Shown here: one piece after another, positions 10,491 to 19,332 of the stretch
Numbering within the stretch: the stretch's first letter is position 1
Layout of the letters: each line of letters begins with the position of its first letter
DNA from: a virus
Taxonomy: Duplodnaviria > Heunggongvirae > Uroviricota > Caudoviricetes
Length of the DNA: 64,000 bases
IMG/VR virus record: IMGVR_UViG_2744054962_000001
Strand: one strand, 5' to 3'
Notes under the pieces: generated by a model
Told to the model about the DNA's origin: nothing
What the model saw: only the letters and a program-made list of their open reading frames with translations
Databases searched by the model: none
Made by a program: the position numbers and the translations under genes

Positions 10491-12878
10491 ATGTGGTACA
10501 GAGAAGGTACAATAAATCTCACTAAAGGAAATAAAACTGTAGTGGGAACAGGCACAGCCTGGGGAGTGACGGCGAACGGCGTCCTTCCAGGTATGATATT
10601 GATTGGCCCCGATAATAAGTTATATGAAATAAAATCAATCGAGAGTGACACTTCGTTAACTCTTGTTGAAGCCTACGGTGGCAGCACCCAAACAAATGTT
10701 CCGTGCAGAATAATTACGACCTATGAAGGTGATTTGACCCAATTTAGTGCTCGTTTTACTGCGCTTATGTCTCGCATGTCAGCCGATTCAAAAATGATGC
10801 GTAGTTGGCTGACTGCTGTGGATGAAATAACAATTGAGCGTGAAGATGGCACGGAATTAACCGTAAAATCCCTTACGCAGATCGTTAATGAGCACAATGA
10901 GAACCTAGAATGGTATAAAGAAAATACTCCCATAATTAACACCGCTGCACAAAAAGCTAAAGAGGCGGCAGCGAGCGCAACAGCGGCCAAAAAATCAGAA
11001 ACTAACTCAAAAGCGAGTGAGACAGCTTCAAAGACTAGCGAAACTAATGCGAAAAATAGCGAGGTAGCTGCAAAATCGAGTCAGAGTGCTGCCGCAAACT
11101 CCGCTACCGCAGCAAAAAACAGCCAGGATGCAGCAGCCGAAAGCGAGAGTGCTGCAGCTGGTTCTGCGACTTCAGCAGCTGGATCAGCAACTGCTGCGGC
11201 TAACAGCCAGAAAGCCGCGAAGACGAGCGAAACTAACGCAAAGTCCAGCCAGACGGCAGCGAAGACCAGCGAAACAAATGCCAAAGCCAGCGAAACTGCG
11301 GCGAAAAACAGTCAGGATGCAGCAGCCCAAAGCGAGAGTGCCGCAGCTGGTTCTGCAAGTGCGGCGGCTTCTTCTGCCTCTGCATCAGCCAACAGTCAAA
11401 AAGCTGCAAAAACCAGTGAAACCAACGCAAAGGCGAGCGAGACTGCGGCGGCTAACTCAGCGAAAGCATCGGCAGCAAGCCAGACGGCTGCAAAAGCAAG
11501 TGAAGACGCAGCCAGAGAGTATGCAAGCCAGGCTGCGGAGCCGTATAAACAAGTTTTGCAGCCGCTTCCCGATGTGTGGATACCGTTTAACGATTCACTG
11601 GATATGATTACGGGCTTTTCGCCGTCATATAAAAAGATTGTTATTGGTGATGATGAAATAACGATGCCTGGCGATAAGGTTGTAAAGTTTAAACGCGCAT
11701 CAACTGCCACATATATCAATAAATCAGGCGTATTTAGTGTTGCTAAAATTGATGAGCCACGATTTGAAAAAGAAGGTTTATTGATTGAAGGACAGCGCAC
11801 TAACTATTTTGTTAAATCCAATATCCCCGCTGAATGGACGAGTACCAGCAATATCGATAAAACTAATAATGGTGTTGATGAATTTGGTTTTTCATATGCC
11901 AAAATGCGAACAAAAGATAATATGACAGGACAATCATCTGCACTTAGTCTGCATACATGCAGTGCATCCCGGGGGATTGATGTTAGTGGCGATAATAAGT
12001 ATTGCACTGTTTCATGCAGGGTTAAAGCTCCTGATGGTCTTCGTTGTCGTTTGCGTTTTGAAAAATACGATGGGTCGGTTTATACATTTTTAGGAGATGC
12101 TTATTTAACTTTCGGAACTCTGATAATAGAAAAAACTGGCGGAGCAGCCAATAGAATAGCAGCTACTGCAACTAAAGATCCGGTTACAGGGTGGATTTTC
12201 TATGAGGCAACTATAGAAGCTGTTGAAGGTGAAACCTTAATTGGCGCAATGATTCAGTATGCGCCGAAAAAAGGTGGTGTAACTGAAGCGGGAGATTATA
12301 TTTACCTTGCAACACCACAATTTGAAAACGGCGGATGTGCTTCATCTTTTGTTATTACGACAACTGTACCCGCAACCCGCTCCAGTGATATGGTGACGAT
12401 CCCAACTGAAAATAATATCTATAATAGACCGCTTACGTGCCTGGTCGAGGTTAATAGAAATTGGGGCGATATTCCTCCTAATGTAGCACCGCGTATTTTT
12501 GATTTTTCTGGTGTGCCACCTATTGAGTCAATTACATACGCTTTTAACACAACTGAGAAATATTACGGTCAGCTTTATATGCAAACTTATAAAGCGTCGA
12601 CAAGTACTTACGTTTCTAGTGTGTTTGCTGGTCGAACTGATGTTCGAAAATTCATTGGTGGTTTTAATATTTATTCTGATGGTACTAAACGAGTAGTTTC
12701 TAACGGTGAGGCTACTAAAACCATGAAAACGGAGTGGACGGGCGTAAAAACACGGACCTTTATTCGAATTGGAGGTCAAGCCACATCGGGAACTCGTCAT
12801 CTATTCGGCCATTTGAGAAATCTTCGTCTCTGGCATAAAGAATTAACTGATGCGCAAATGGGGGAGAGTATTAAATGA
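10491..12878 (+). CDS. side tail fibre protein (Stf-like)
   Basis: 795 aa; long degenerate tandem repeats AAKxSETNAKxSExAA resembling the lambda Stf repeat region; distinct C-terminal domain. Confidence 0.65.
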   Translation: MWYREGTINLTKGNKTVVGTGTAWGVTANGVLPGMILIGPDNKLYEIKSIESDTSLTLVEAYGGSTQTNVPCRIITTYEGDLTQFSARFTALMSRMSADSKMMRSWLTAVDEITIEREDGTELTVKSLTQIVNEHNENLEWYKENTPIINTAAQKAKEAAASATAAKKSETNSKASETASKTSETNAKNSEVAAKSSQSAAANSATAAKNSQDAAAESESAAAGSATSAAGSATAAANSQKAAKTSETNAKSSQTAAKTSETNAKASETAAKNSQDAAAQSESAAAGSASAAASSASASANSQKAAKTSETNAKASETAAANSAKASAASQTAAKASEDAAREYASQAAEPYKQVLQPLPDVWIPFNDSLDMITGFSPSYKKIVIGDDEITMPGDKVVKFKRASTATYINKSGVFSVAKIDEPRFEKEGLLIEGQRTNYFVKSNIPAEWTSTSNIDKTNNGVDEFGFSYAKMRTKDNMTGQSSALSLHTCSASRGIDVSGDNKYCTVSCRVKAPDGLRCRLRFEKYDGSVYTFLGDAYLTFGTLIIEKTGGAANRIAATATKDPVTGWIFYEATIEAVEGETLIGAMIQYAPKKGGVTEAGDYIYLATPQFENGGCASSFVITTTVPATRSSDMVTIPTENNIYNRPLTCLVEVNRNWGDIPPNVAPRIFDFSGVPPIESITYAFNTTEKYYGQLYMQTYKASTSTYVSSVFAGRTDVRKFIGGFNIYSDGTKRVVSNGEATKTMKTEWTGVKTRTFIRIGGQATSGTRHLFGHLRNLRLWHKELTDAQMGESIK

Positions 12879-13156
12879 AAGATTTAACGCTCAAATTTGC
12901 AGACAGGGCCGACTTTTCGGCCTTTATGGAGAGTATTGGCTATTATGATGACGAGTCGATGCAGGGTGATATTCTTATTGACGTGATAGGTAACGTGTAC
13001 AAAGAAACCGGAGAACTGACTGAAGATGGCGAACCGGTATGTGTTAAGGAGGACGGATATTTTGTAAACGTGCGCATCATTAATGATGCAAAAAAATCGT
13101 CAATATTCGATAAATACGCGATTGTTGTTGAGCATCAACTTCGTGGCTGGATGTGA
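12875..13156 (+). CDS. hypothetical protein (possible tail fibre assembly/accessory)
   Basis: 93 aa acidic ORF translationally coupled to Stf-like gene; no recognisable motif. Confidence 0.3.
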   Translation: MKDLTLKFADRADFSAFMESIGYYDDESMQGDILIDVIGNVYKETGELTEDGEPVCVKEDGYFVNVRIINDAKKSSIFDKYAIVVEHQLRGWM

Positions 13157-13165
13157 GGGAGACAA

Positions 13166-13870
13166 ATGGCTACATCGACAGTAATTCCAGGAGACATCAC
13201 CACGTTAAAGGGAGATGTCAGTAAAGCCAAGGAAGATATTTCCTCAATTAACGGAAAAGTATCAACGCTTCAGACTGATATGACCAGTGCAAAGCAGGAT
13301 ATCAGCACCAGATACACAAAAACTGAAGTTGATAATAAGCTGAAAAACAAAGTGGAAGTGAACGATCTGGAAAGTGGTCGTTATGGTGGAGATTTTTACC
13401 CGCTGACTGGTCGTGAAGCGTTTTATTTGTGGGGATTGGGCACGACTACAGCGGCGGCAAACCTTTATCTTAATCCTGACCCCGCAATTTCGTCTGTACT
13501 GCGGTCCACATCGTCTATCCGCTATAAACATTCAGTAGAGACGATAGATTCGGAGCACGCCGATCTCATTTTCAAGATGCGCCCTGTGTGGTACAGGTCG
13601 CAATGCGAAAATGACAGGCGCGATTGGGGATTCTATGGATTGATTGCCGAGGAAGTAGGAGAAATTGCCCCTCAGTTTGTTCACTGGCGACCAGCTAACG
13701 AGAATGATGCTCCTGAAGCTATTTCCAGCAATGGCCTTGTTGCCGAAGGTGTAATGTACGAACGTCTGGTTGTTCCACTGATTCACCATATCCAGAAACT
13801 GACTGAAAGAGTTGATGAACTTGAGTCAGAATTAAAGTTGTTATCAACTTCCCGAAGCGATATTGGATAA
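13166..13870 (+). CDS. tail fibre protein with C-terminal intramolecular chaperone (peptidase S74-like) domain
   Basis: C-terminal region (IRYKHSVETIDSEHADLIFKMRPVWYRSQ...GFYGLIAEEV...YERLVVPLIHHIQKLTERVDELESEL) matches the auto-processing chaperone domain pattern of endosialidase-type fibres. Confidence 0.5.
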   Translation: MATSTVIPGDITTLKGDVSKAKEDISSINGKVSTLQTDMTSAKQDISTRYTKTEVDNKLKNKVEVNDLESGRYGGDFYPLTGREAFYLWGLGTTTAAANLYLNPDPAISSVLRSTSSIRYKHSVETIDSEHADLIFKMRPVWYRSQCENDRRDWGFYGLIAEEVGEIAPQFVHWRPANENDAPEAISSNGLVAEGVMYERLVVPLIHHIQKLTERVDELESELKLLSTSRSDIG

Positions 13871-14165
13871 AGGAGGAGTAATGGATATAACACCTTTCCT
13901 TCATGCACTTTGTGCTGTGGCTGCGCAGGTACTGGTTGGTCTTTTTACCGGAAACTGGGCTTACGGGGCGATAGCCGGTTGTACGTTCTTCATTGCTCGT
14001 GAACATACCCAGGCAGAATATCGCTGGATTGAAATATTCGGGCATGGCAAGCGAATGAATATGCCGTGGTGGGGCGGTTTTGATCCGCGCGCGTGGGATG
14101 TAGCAAGTCTGATGGATTTTGCGATTCCACTTTTAGCGTGCACATTATTATATATTTTTATTTAA
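13863..14165 (+). CDS. hypothetical membrane protein (three predicted TM segments)
   Basis: 100 aa, hydrophobic segments FLHALCAVAAQVLVGLF / AYGAIAGCTFFIA / LMDFAIPLLACTLLYIFI; function unknown. Confidence 0.3.
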   Translation: MDKGGVMDITPFLHALCAVAAQVLVGLFTGNWAYGAIAGCTFFIAREHTQAEYRWIEIFGHGKRMNMPWWGGFDPRAWDVASLMDFAIPLLACTLLYIFI

Positions 14166-14264
14166 TATAAGATTAACTGAGATATAGCTTACGCAAAGAA
14201 GGTAATAAATATAAAGAGAGATGTTCTGAGGTAATTTATTGTTGGTGTTTAAGGTTATTTACAG

Positions 14265-14284
14265 ATAGGTAAGTGCATACCTAT
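14265..14284. promoter_or_regulatory. palindromic element ATAGGTAAGTGCATACCTAT upstream of lysis cassette (member of a recurrent family)
   Basis: 7-bp perfect inverted arms ATAGGTA/TACCTAT; the same architecture recurs upstream of many genes in this window. Confidence 0.5.
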
Positions 14285-14334
14285 ATAAAAAAGATAAAAT
14301 GTGATATAAATCCGCCATCCCGATTTGACTTTTC

Positions 14335-14670
14335 ATGGAGGAAAATATGTCGAACGAGATGGCGGGCGTAACAACAGAGCAAGTTGAGCGCATTGCCGCG
14401 ATCGTTGCTCGGGAGGTTGTCGGCAAATTAGGTAAAGAGCTACGTGAAGAAATTGGCCAGGAGGTCAACGATCAGCTGAAAACCTACTTTGGTGATATGA
14501 CCCCGGCGCAACATAGTATTCAACACTCCAACCTGGACAAACTCCTTAACCGGTTAGATTCCATCTCCAGTGGGTTCTTTGGCGGCATTGTTTCTAAAAT
14601 AACGTCGTTCATTATTACCGCACTGCTTTTGGGGTTAGCCGCGTATGGCGTGAAAAATGGACTGCAATAA
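14335..14670 (+). CDS. putative holin / lysis membrane protein
   Basis: 111 aa, single C-terminal TM (ITSFIITALLLGLAAYGV), first gene of lysis cassette; assignment is positional. Confidence 0.35.
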   Translation: MEENMSNEMAGVTTEQVERIAAIVAREVVGKLGKELREEIGQEVNDQLKTYFGDMTPAQHSIQHSNLDKLLNRLDSISSGFFGGIVSKITSFIITALLLGLAAYGVKNGLQ

Positions 14671-15376
14671 CAGGAGATCAAGGATGAAGACTCCGAGAGG
14701 CATTCGTAACAATAACCCCGGTAATCTTGATAAAGGATCGCCGTGGCAAGGTCTGGTTGCTAATCCAGACGAACCCCGCTTTTGCACGTTTAAAGACCCT
14801 GTTTGGGGGATTCGTGCGCTGGCGGTGACTCTAATTACCTACCACGACAAACGTCGCGCAAAAGACGGCTCAAGTATCGATACCATTCGTGAAGTTATTG
14901 AACGCTGGGCACCGCCGAACGAAAATAACACTGACGCCTATATTAATGAGGTGTCCAAAGCAGTTGGTGTAACCGCAGACATGATTATCGATCTGCATGA
15001 TTACGACATCCTTCGACCTTTAGTTGAGGCAATCATTCGCCACGAGAATGGCCGAGGCCCGCTAAAAACGCTGAACACCTGGTATGCGGCAGAAGTTATT
15101 GAGGAAGGTCTGCGTCGAGCTGGCGTCGTTAAGCCGGTGAAAACGGTGAAGGCTGTTCCTGTAACGAAAGAAACCGCAGGCGCAACTGTTACAGCAGGTA
15201 TTGGTCTGGCGCAGCTTGCCGATGTTATGCCGCAGATTTCCGCTGCTATGGATAAAGCACAAGGTCATATCTCTAGCGGGGATACAGTACGCATCATCTT
15301 CGGTATTGCCACTATTGTTGTGGCAGGATTCATTGCCTGGTCGCAGGTAAGAAAACACCAGAAAGGGATGGTCTAA
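14657..15376 (+). CDS. putative endolysin / peptidoglycan hydrolase with C-terminal membrane anchor
   Basis: 239 aa, N-terminal GIRNNNPGNL motif region, C-terminal TM (IIFGIATIVVAGFIAWSQ); directly followed by spanin genes. Confidence 0.4.
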   Translation: MDCNNRRSRMKTPRGIRNNNPGNLDKGSPWQGLVANPDEPRFCTFKDPVWGIRALAVTLITYHDKRRAKDGSSIDTIREVIERWAPPNENNTDAYINEVSKAVGVTADMIIDLHDYDILRPLVEAIIRHENGRGPLKTLNTWYAAEVIEEGLRRAGVVKPVKTVKAVPVTKETAGATVTAGIGLAQLADVMPQISAAMDKAQGHISSGDTVRIIFGIATIVVAGFIAWSQVRKHQKGMV

Positions 15377-15377
15377 T

Positions 15378-15629
15378 ATGCTAGGCAGCCTGATGACAAA
15401 GCTAAAAGTTGCTTTGATTACGCTGGCTGCCGTTCTTTTCGTTCTTGTCGGCGCTTACACGATGGGCGGGAATGCGGCGCGACGAGCAATGGAAGAGAAG
15501 GCAAAACAGGAAGACAGAAAACGACTTCAAAACACAGTGAAAGTGGTGAATGAGACGAGCAGTAAAATACGTCAGAAAGATGCTTCTGCCGTTCATCGTG
15601 AGTTGTATGATAAGTGGGTGCGTCATTAA
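15378..15629 (+). CDS. i-spanin (Rz-like)
   Basis: 83 aa, N-terminal TM followed by charged coiled-coil; overlapped by an out-of-frame lipoprotein ORF. Confidence 0.55.
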   Translation: MLGSLMTKLKVALITLAAVLFVLVGAYTMGGNAARRAMEEKAKQEDRKRLQNTVKVVNETSSKIRQKDASAVHRELYDKWVRH

Positions 15630-15765
15630 ACCACAAACAGCCAGCGTGTTGTTCTGCGATGGGGCTGAGCCTATCTATATCAGCAATAATGATGTAATGA
15701 CTGAAGAAACCGAACGCCAAATCCTTTTTCACAATACGATGGGAGAGAGGGTTTGTGGTTGGTGA
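15550..15765 (+). CDS. o-spanin (Rz1-like lipoprotein), overlapping Rz-like gene
   Basis: lipobox MLLPFIVSCMISGC; embedded/overlapping arrangement typical of Rz/Rz1; true start probably at internal Met. Confidence 0.5.
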   Translation: MRRAVKYVRKMLLPFIVSCMISGCVIKPQTASVLFCDGAEPIYISNNDVMTEETERQILFHNTMGERVCGW

Positions 15766-15772
15766 TGTCGAA

Positions 15773-15794
15773 GTTCCCCTCAAATGAGGGGAAC
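15773..15794. terminator. bidirectional hairpin between convergent spanin and toxin genes
   Basis: GTTCCCCTCA-aa-TGAGGGGAAC perfect 10-bp stem. Confidence 0.5.
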
Positions 15795-15797
15795 ACA

Positions 15798-16319
15798 TTA
15801 TTCTTCGAACAATTTTTCGATAGATTTTGTAGGATAGAACAAAGAACGCTCGTTGTTACCAACCAGCTGGATAAAGCCTAAACTTTTATAAAACGCCTTG
15901 GCTTTGTCATTTAACGCCTCAACGAAAAGTCCATGAATGCCTACAGCAAGAGATGCATTGTACACAACGCGCATTGCATGTGTTACAAGCATTGAGCCAA
16001 ATCCTTGACCTTGAAGGGACTTGTCCAAAGCCAGCCTACCCAAAGTAACACTTGGAACATTCCGATAAGGAACCTTCTTTTGTTTGCTTCTTGAAGGTAA
16101 GGACTCCTTTTCAAAACAACTACCTGACAAAGTGTAATATCCTAACACTTTTGGCCTTTCTTCTTGAGTGCAAAGCACATAAGCACGAAGAATTTTTCCC
16201 TCATGCTGCCTTTTTAAGTGGTTGGCTAAAAAGGCGTTTAGTGACTCTTCGCCGCAATCAAAACCGTTTAGATCATAATCTTTCTCTCCAGAGAAAATCT
16301 CTATCGTTGTATTGCTCAC
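15798..16319 (-). CDS. GNAT-family acetyltransferase toxin (TacT/KacT-like)
   Basis: 173 aa, GNAT motif A (QGQGFGSMLV) and paired with upstream DUF1778-like RHH antitoxin. Confidence 0.7.
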   Translation of the reverse strand: MSNTTIEIFSGEKDYDLNGFDCGEESLNAFLANHLKRQHEGKILRAYVLCTQEERPKVLGYYTLSGSCFEKESLPSRSKQKKVPYRNVPSVTLGRLALDKSLQGQGFGSMLVTHAMRVVYNASLAVGIHGLFVEALNDKAKAFYKSLGFIQLVGNNERSLFYPTKSIEKLFEE

Positions 16320-16326
16320 GAGTAAA

Positions 16327-16596
16327 CTACTCCATGCTTTTCAGACGATCAGCAGCTCGTTTCAGCTTGTCGTTCGGTGCCGGAGGATTGCTTATAGCGT
16401 CCATAACCAGATTCCAGGATTCTTCATTCAGAACTAGTCTACGGTGTTGCTCTATAACTTTCACGGCACGTTCAGATGCACTGCTAACCATAAACTGAGT
16501 AATGCTCTGGTTAGACATTGCGGCAGCTTCCTCGATGATGCTTTTATCGTCATCGGTTAATCTCAAATCGATGCGCTGCTTTTTTAGTGCTGACAT
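16327..16596 (-). CDS. RHH antitoxin (DUF1778/TacA-like)
   Basis: MSALKKQRIDLRLTDDDKSIIEEAAA... pattern; AGGAGG 7 nt upstream of this Met; ORF track extends to 16635 but internal start preferred. Confidence 0.7.
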   Translation of the reverse strand: MSALKKQRIDLRLTDDDKSIIEEAAAMSNQSITQFMVSSASERAVKVIEQHRRLVLNEESWNLVMDAISNPPAPNDKLKRAADRLKSME

Positions 16597-16914
16597 GTAT
16601 TCCTCCTGATGGCCGTGATGTAGGAAGGCCATCAATCTCCTCTGTTCAAACTGAGTTTTCGACTCAAAAATTACTTTAAAAGGCTATAGCCCATTACGTG
16701 TGCATTATCAAATTGTGTACGGCATATCACCGTACTTGTAATATAGAGGTCATTGTTACTTTTTTCAACAGACAAATACAAGCTATGATTGCCAATTGTT
16801 AATCACAACCTACCATTTAACCTTTACACCGCAGCCGTAGGCATTTAGGCTATATCACATATAAGAAAACAAGTTGTTTCAGACGATAATTATATACGCA
16901 AAGGGAACTCTCCA

Positions 16915-17583
16915 ATGACCAAGATCTTTGTGGTTGGCGGCACAAAGGGCGGGCCTGGCAAATCCACCGTTGCCCAGCAAATTGCCGTTTGCCTGAAAGT
17001 CAAAAAGAAGAAGAAGGTTTATATTACCGATATAGATATTCAGCGCACGACAACGAGCTGGTGTGAAGACCGTCGACAGAACGAAGACCTTGAGCTGATT
17101 CCTTTTGCATACGTTCAGGATGACATCATTAAGCACCTAAAATCGCTTCAGGGTAGAGCTGAGTTTGTAGTGGTAGATGCTGGTGGCTTCGACTCCGAAA
17201 TTCAGCGACAAGCGATGCTGATGGCTGACGTTATCATTATCCCGCTGCGTCCTAAGCGTCGTGATTTGAAATCTTTACGTGACATCGATCCTATTATCGA
17301 CAATGTTCGCAATGTAAACGATAAAGTGAAGGTCCGCGCGGTCATGAACCAGTGCCCGGCTTTGCCATCACAAGTGTCTCGCATTCTGGCGGCTAAAGAG
17401 ATTGTTGAGACGTTTGGAATCGAGTCTGCGCCAGTCAATCTATATAACCGCAACGTCTATGATGATGCGGAAGAGTCTGGTCGTTCTATCTTTGAAATGA
17501 CCGGTAGCGAGCGCGACAAAAAGGCGGAAGCCGAGTTTGAAGAATTTGTAGATTATCTGTTGAGTCTGGAGGAAGAAGAATAA
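16915..17583 (+). CDS. parA: ParA-type partition ATPase
   Basis: deviant Walker A GGTKGGPGKST; 222 aa; followed by small RHH protein. Confidence 0.8.
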   Translation: MTKIFVVGGTKGGPGKSTVAQQIAVCLKVKKKKKVYITDIDIQRTTTSWCEDRRQNEDLELIPFAYVQDDIIKHLKSLQGRAEFVVVDAGGFDSEIQRQAMLMADVIIIPLRPKRRDLKSLRDIDPIIDNVRNVNDKVKVRAVMNQCPALPSQVSRILAAKEIVETFGIESAPVNLYNRNVYDDAEESGRSIFEMTGSERDKKAEAEFEEFVDYLLSLEEEE

Positions 17584-17942
17584 TGTCCATGAAAATGGGT
17601 GACCTAGCAAAGCGCAAAGAGCCTGATGCACCGGCTAAGAACACAACTCCTTTGCGCCAACCAGTCAGACCACAAGGACGCCCGACTCGTGGCAAAGAGA
17701 AAATTAAAAGCCGCACTATGTCACTGGAAGACGAATACTTCGAGCTTCTGGAAATGATGAAGTTTATCCCTCGTTTCGAGAAGTTCACCCGCTCTGATGT
17801 GATTCGTGCTGCTATTTTCCATCTGGCAGAGAAGTCACCGCAGGAAATCGAGGACATCGTAAAGCTGAACGAGGCGATCACAGCTGCCGATGTCACGATG
17901 CGTACCGATGAAATTAAACGCGAGTTGATGAAGAAAGGTTAA
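17583..17942 (+). CDS. small RHH partition protein (ParG/omega-like)
   Basis: 119 aa, basic disordered N-terminus then predicted strand-helix-helix; translationally coupled to parA. Confidence 0.45.
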   Translation: MSMKMGDLAKRKEPDAPAKNTTPLRQPVRPQGRPTRGKEKIKSRTMSLEDEYFELLEMMKFIPRFEKFTRSDVIRAAIFHLAEKSPQEIEDIVKLNEAITAADVTMRTDEIKRELMKKG

Positions 17943-17945
17943 TAA

Positions 17946-17973
17946 TGTGGGCTGTCTAGCCCACATTATTTTA
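17946..17973 (+). terminator. rho-independent terminator after partition operon
   Basis: ATGTGGGCT-gtct-AGCCCACAT followed by TATTTT. Confidence 0.6.
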
Positions 17974-17984
17974 ATTAAAGTGGA

Positions 17985-18746
17985 GTGATAATTATGCATT
18001 CGTTAGTATTTGCATTTAAAAACATACTCAAGAATGTTATAAACATACTAGGGATGTTAAATATTTTTTTGTCTGTGAGGGTGAGGAGAAAAGATATAAA
18101 AGATAAATTAAAGGAACTTAACAAAGAAAAAGAACAATTAAAAAGCGAAGAAATTATTATTGATTTATACAAGAAAAAACTCGCATCTAGCAAGGGGAAA
18201 GCTAATGATAAAATCAAAGGAAAAATAATTCACTATATTATTGCTAGAGAGTTGGGGAATGATCCTGATAATGAAGATTTGCGACATAATCTTTTTACAA
18301 AGATAAAAGAATCAGAAGAACAGGTTGAAGTTCTGGTTCATCAAAGAGAAGTAAGTGAGCAGGCGAACAAAAAAGAAACGGTTGTCAATTTGTTTTTATT
18401 GTATGAAAAAAATAAATTGTTTAAAGCTAAGGGGTTGGCTGTGTTTCTTATAGTTATAAACTTAATTATAGTTGCGACTCTCGATCTTCCAGCTTGGTCA
18501 TTGATTATAAGTTTTTTTATTCTCTCTTTGATTATGTTGAAAGATCAGATACTTACTATTCGTGTCTCTAAAGGATATTTTGGCACAAGTGCGTATGAAG
18601 CGGTTCAATTGCTTAAATTCATCAGAGAAAATTCAGACAAATTTGACTCAGATGATAATGACGGTAGCCCACGACGGATATTGAATCCGAAGGGAACAAC
18701 AAAAAAATCAGACAACCTATTCGATAAAGGGTGGCAAAATGTTTGA
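17985..18746 (+). CDS. hypothetical membrane protein, AT-rich accessory gene
   Basis: 253 aa; N-terminal and central hydrophobic segments separated by Lys/Glu-rich coiled-coil; markedly lower GC than flanking genes. Confidence 0.4.
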   Translation: MIIMHSLVFAFKNILKNVINILGMLNIFLSVRVRRKDIKDKLKELNKEKEQLKSEEIIIDLYKKKLASSKGKANDKIKGKIIHYIIARELGNDPDNEDLRHNLFTKIKESEEQVEVLVHQREVSEQANKKETVVNLFLLYEKNKLFKAKGLAVFLIVINLIIVATLDLPAWSLIISFFILSLIMLKDQILTIRVSKGYFGTSAYEAVQLLKFIRENSDKFDSDDNDGSPRRILNPKGTTKKSDNLFDKGWQNV

Positions 18747-19161
18747 CCTTGACGCCATCACTAAGTTCTTAAATCAGTGTTTTGATCTACTTTTGCTCAA
18801 GCAGCCTTTAAGAACTGTTTTCGGAATACTGATTGGTTTCATTATTTTTGTTTTTGTTTACACGTTTAGGTTTGCGATAGCTCAAGATTTTTATGAAATA
18901 GATGGTGTGCATTACGCTGCATGTTTCGTCATCGGTGTTTTAGTTGTTCACACAAGAACATTTTTTGACGTTATCAAGGGCACCGCAGTTGATGAAGAAA
19001 TAGATAGTATGATCAGAGTTATTACGAAGCAGCCACACCTATCTAACCATCAAAAAAACATAATGATTGCTGAAATACTTCAAAAAGAAATTGCAGCCAT
19101 AAGTCAAAAGAGATTGGATAAAGTTGCACAAGAAATAACGGAGAAAAAGACAACTGATTAA
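18739..19161 (+). CDS. hypothetical membrane protein, AT-rich accessory gene
   Basis: 140 aa; two hydrophobic segments; start overlaps stop of upstream ORF (coupled). Confidence 0.4.
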   Translation: MFDLDAITKFLNQCFDLLLLKQPLRTVFGILIGFIIFVFVYTFRFAIAQDFYEIDGVHYAACFVIGVLVVHTRTFFDVIKGTAVDEEIDSMIRVITKQPHLSNHQKNIMIAEILQKEIAAISQKRLDKVAQEITEKKTTD

Positions 19162-19332
19162 TTTAATTACCTGTTTCTGTATATAAATAATAAGTAACTT
19201 ATTAAATATATATACGGAAGCAGGTCTTTTAAAAGACACCCACCAGAACAACTCCCTTCCGTTTCCACTTCCAAAAACTGCCACCAGTCGCTATCATCCG
19301 CTCATTGTGATAAGTAAGTAACTACCTACCAG

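Noticed and set aside
11086-11607. 173-aa + strand ORF and several minus-strand ORFs inside the side tail fibre repeat region
   Set aside because: Alternative-frame readings of the repetitive Ala/Ser/Lys-coding DNA give long Arg/Gln/Pro-rich open frames; this is a repeat artefact, not a separate gene.
16052-16498. 148-aa + strand ORF overlapping the GNAT toxin and antitoxin genes
   Set aside because: Antisense to a well-supported toxin-antitoxin pair and lacks a ribosome-binding site.
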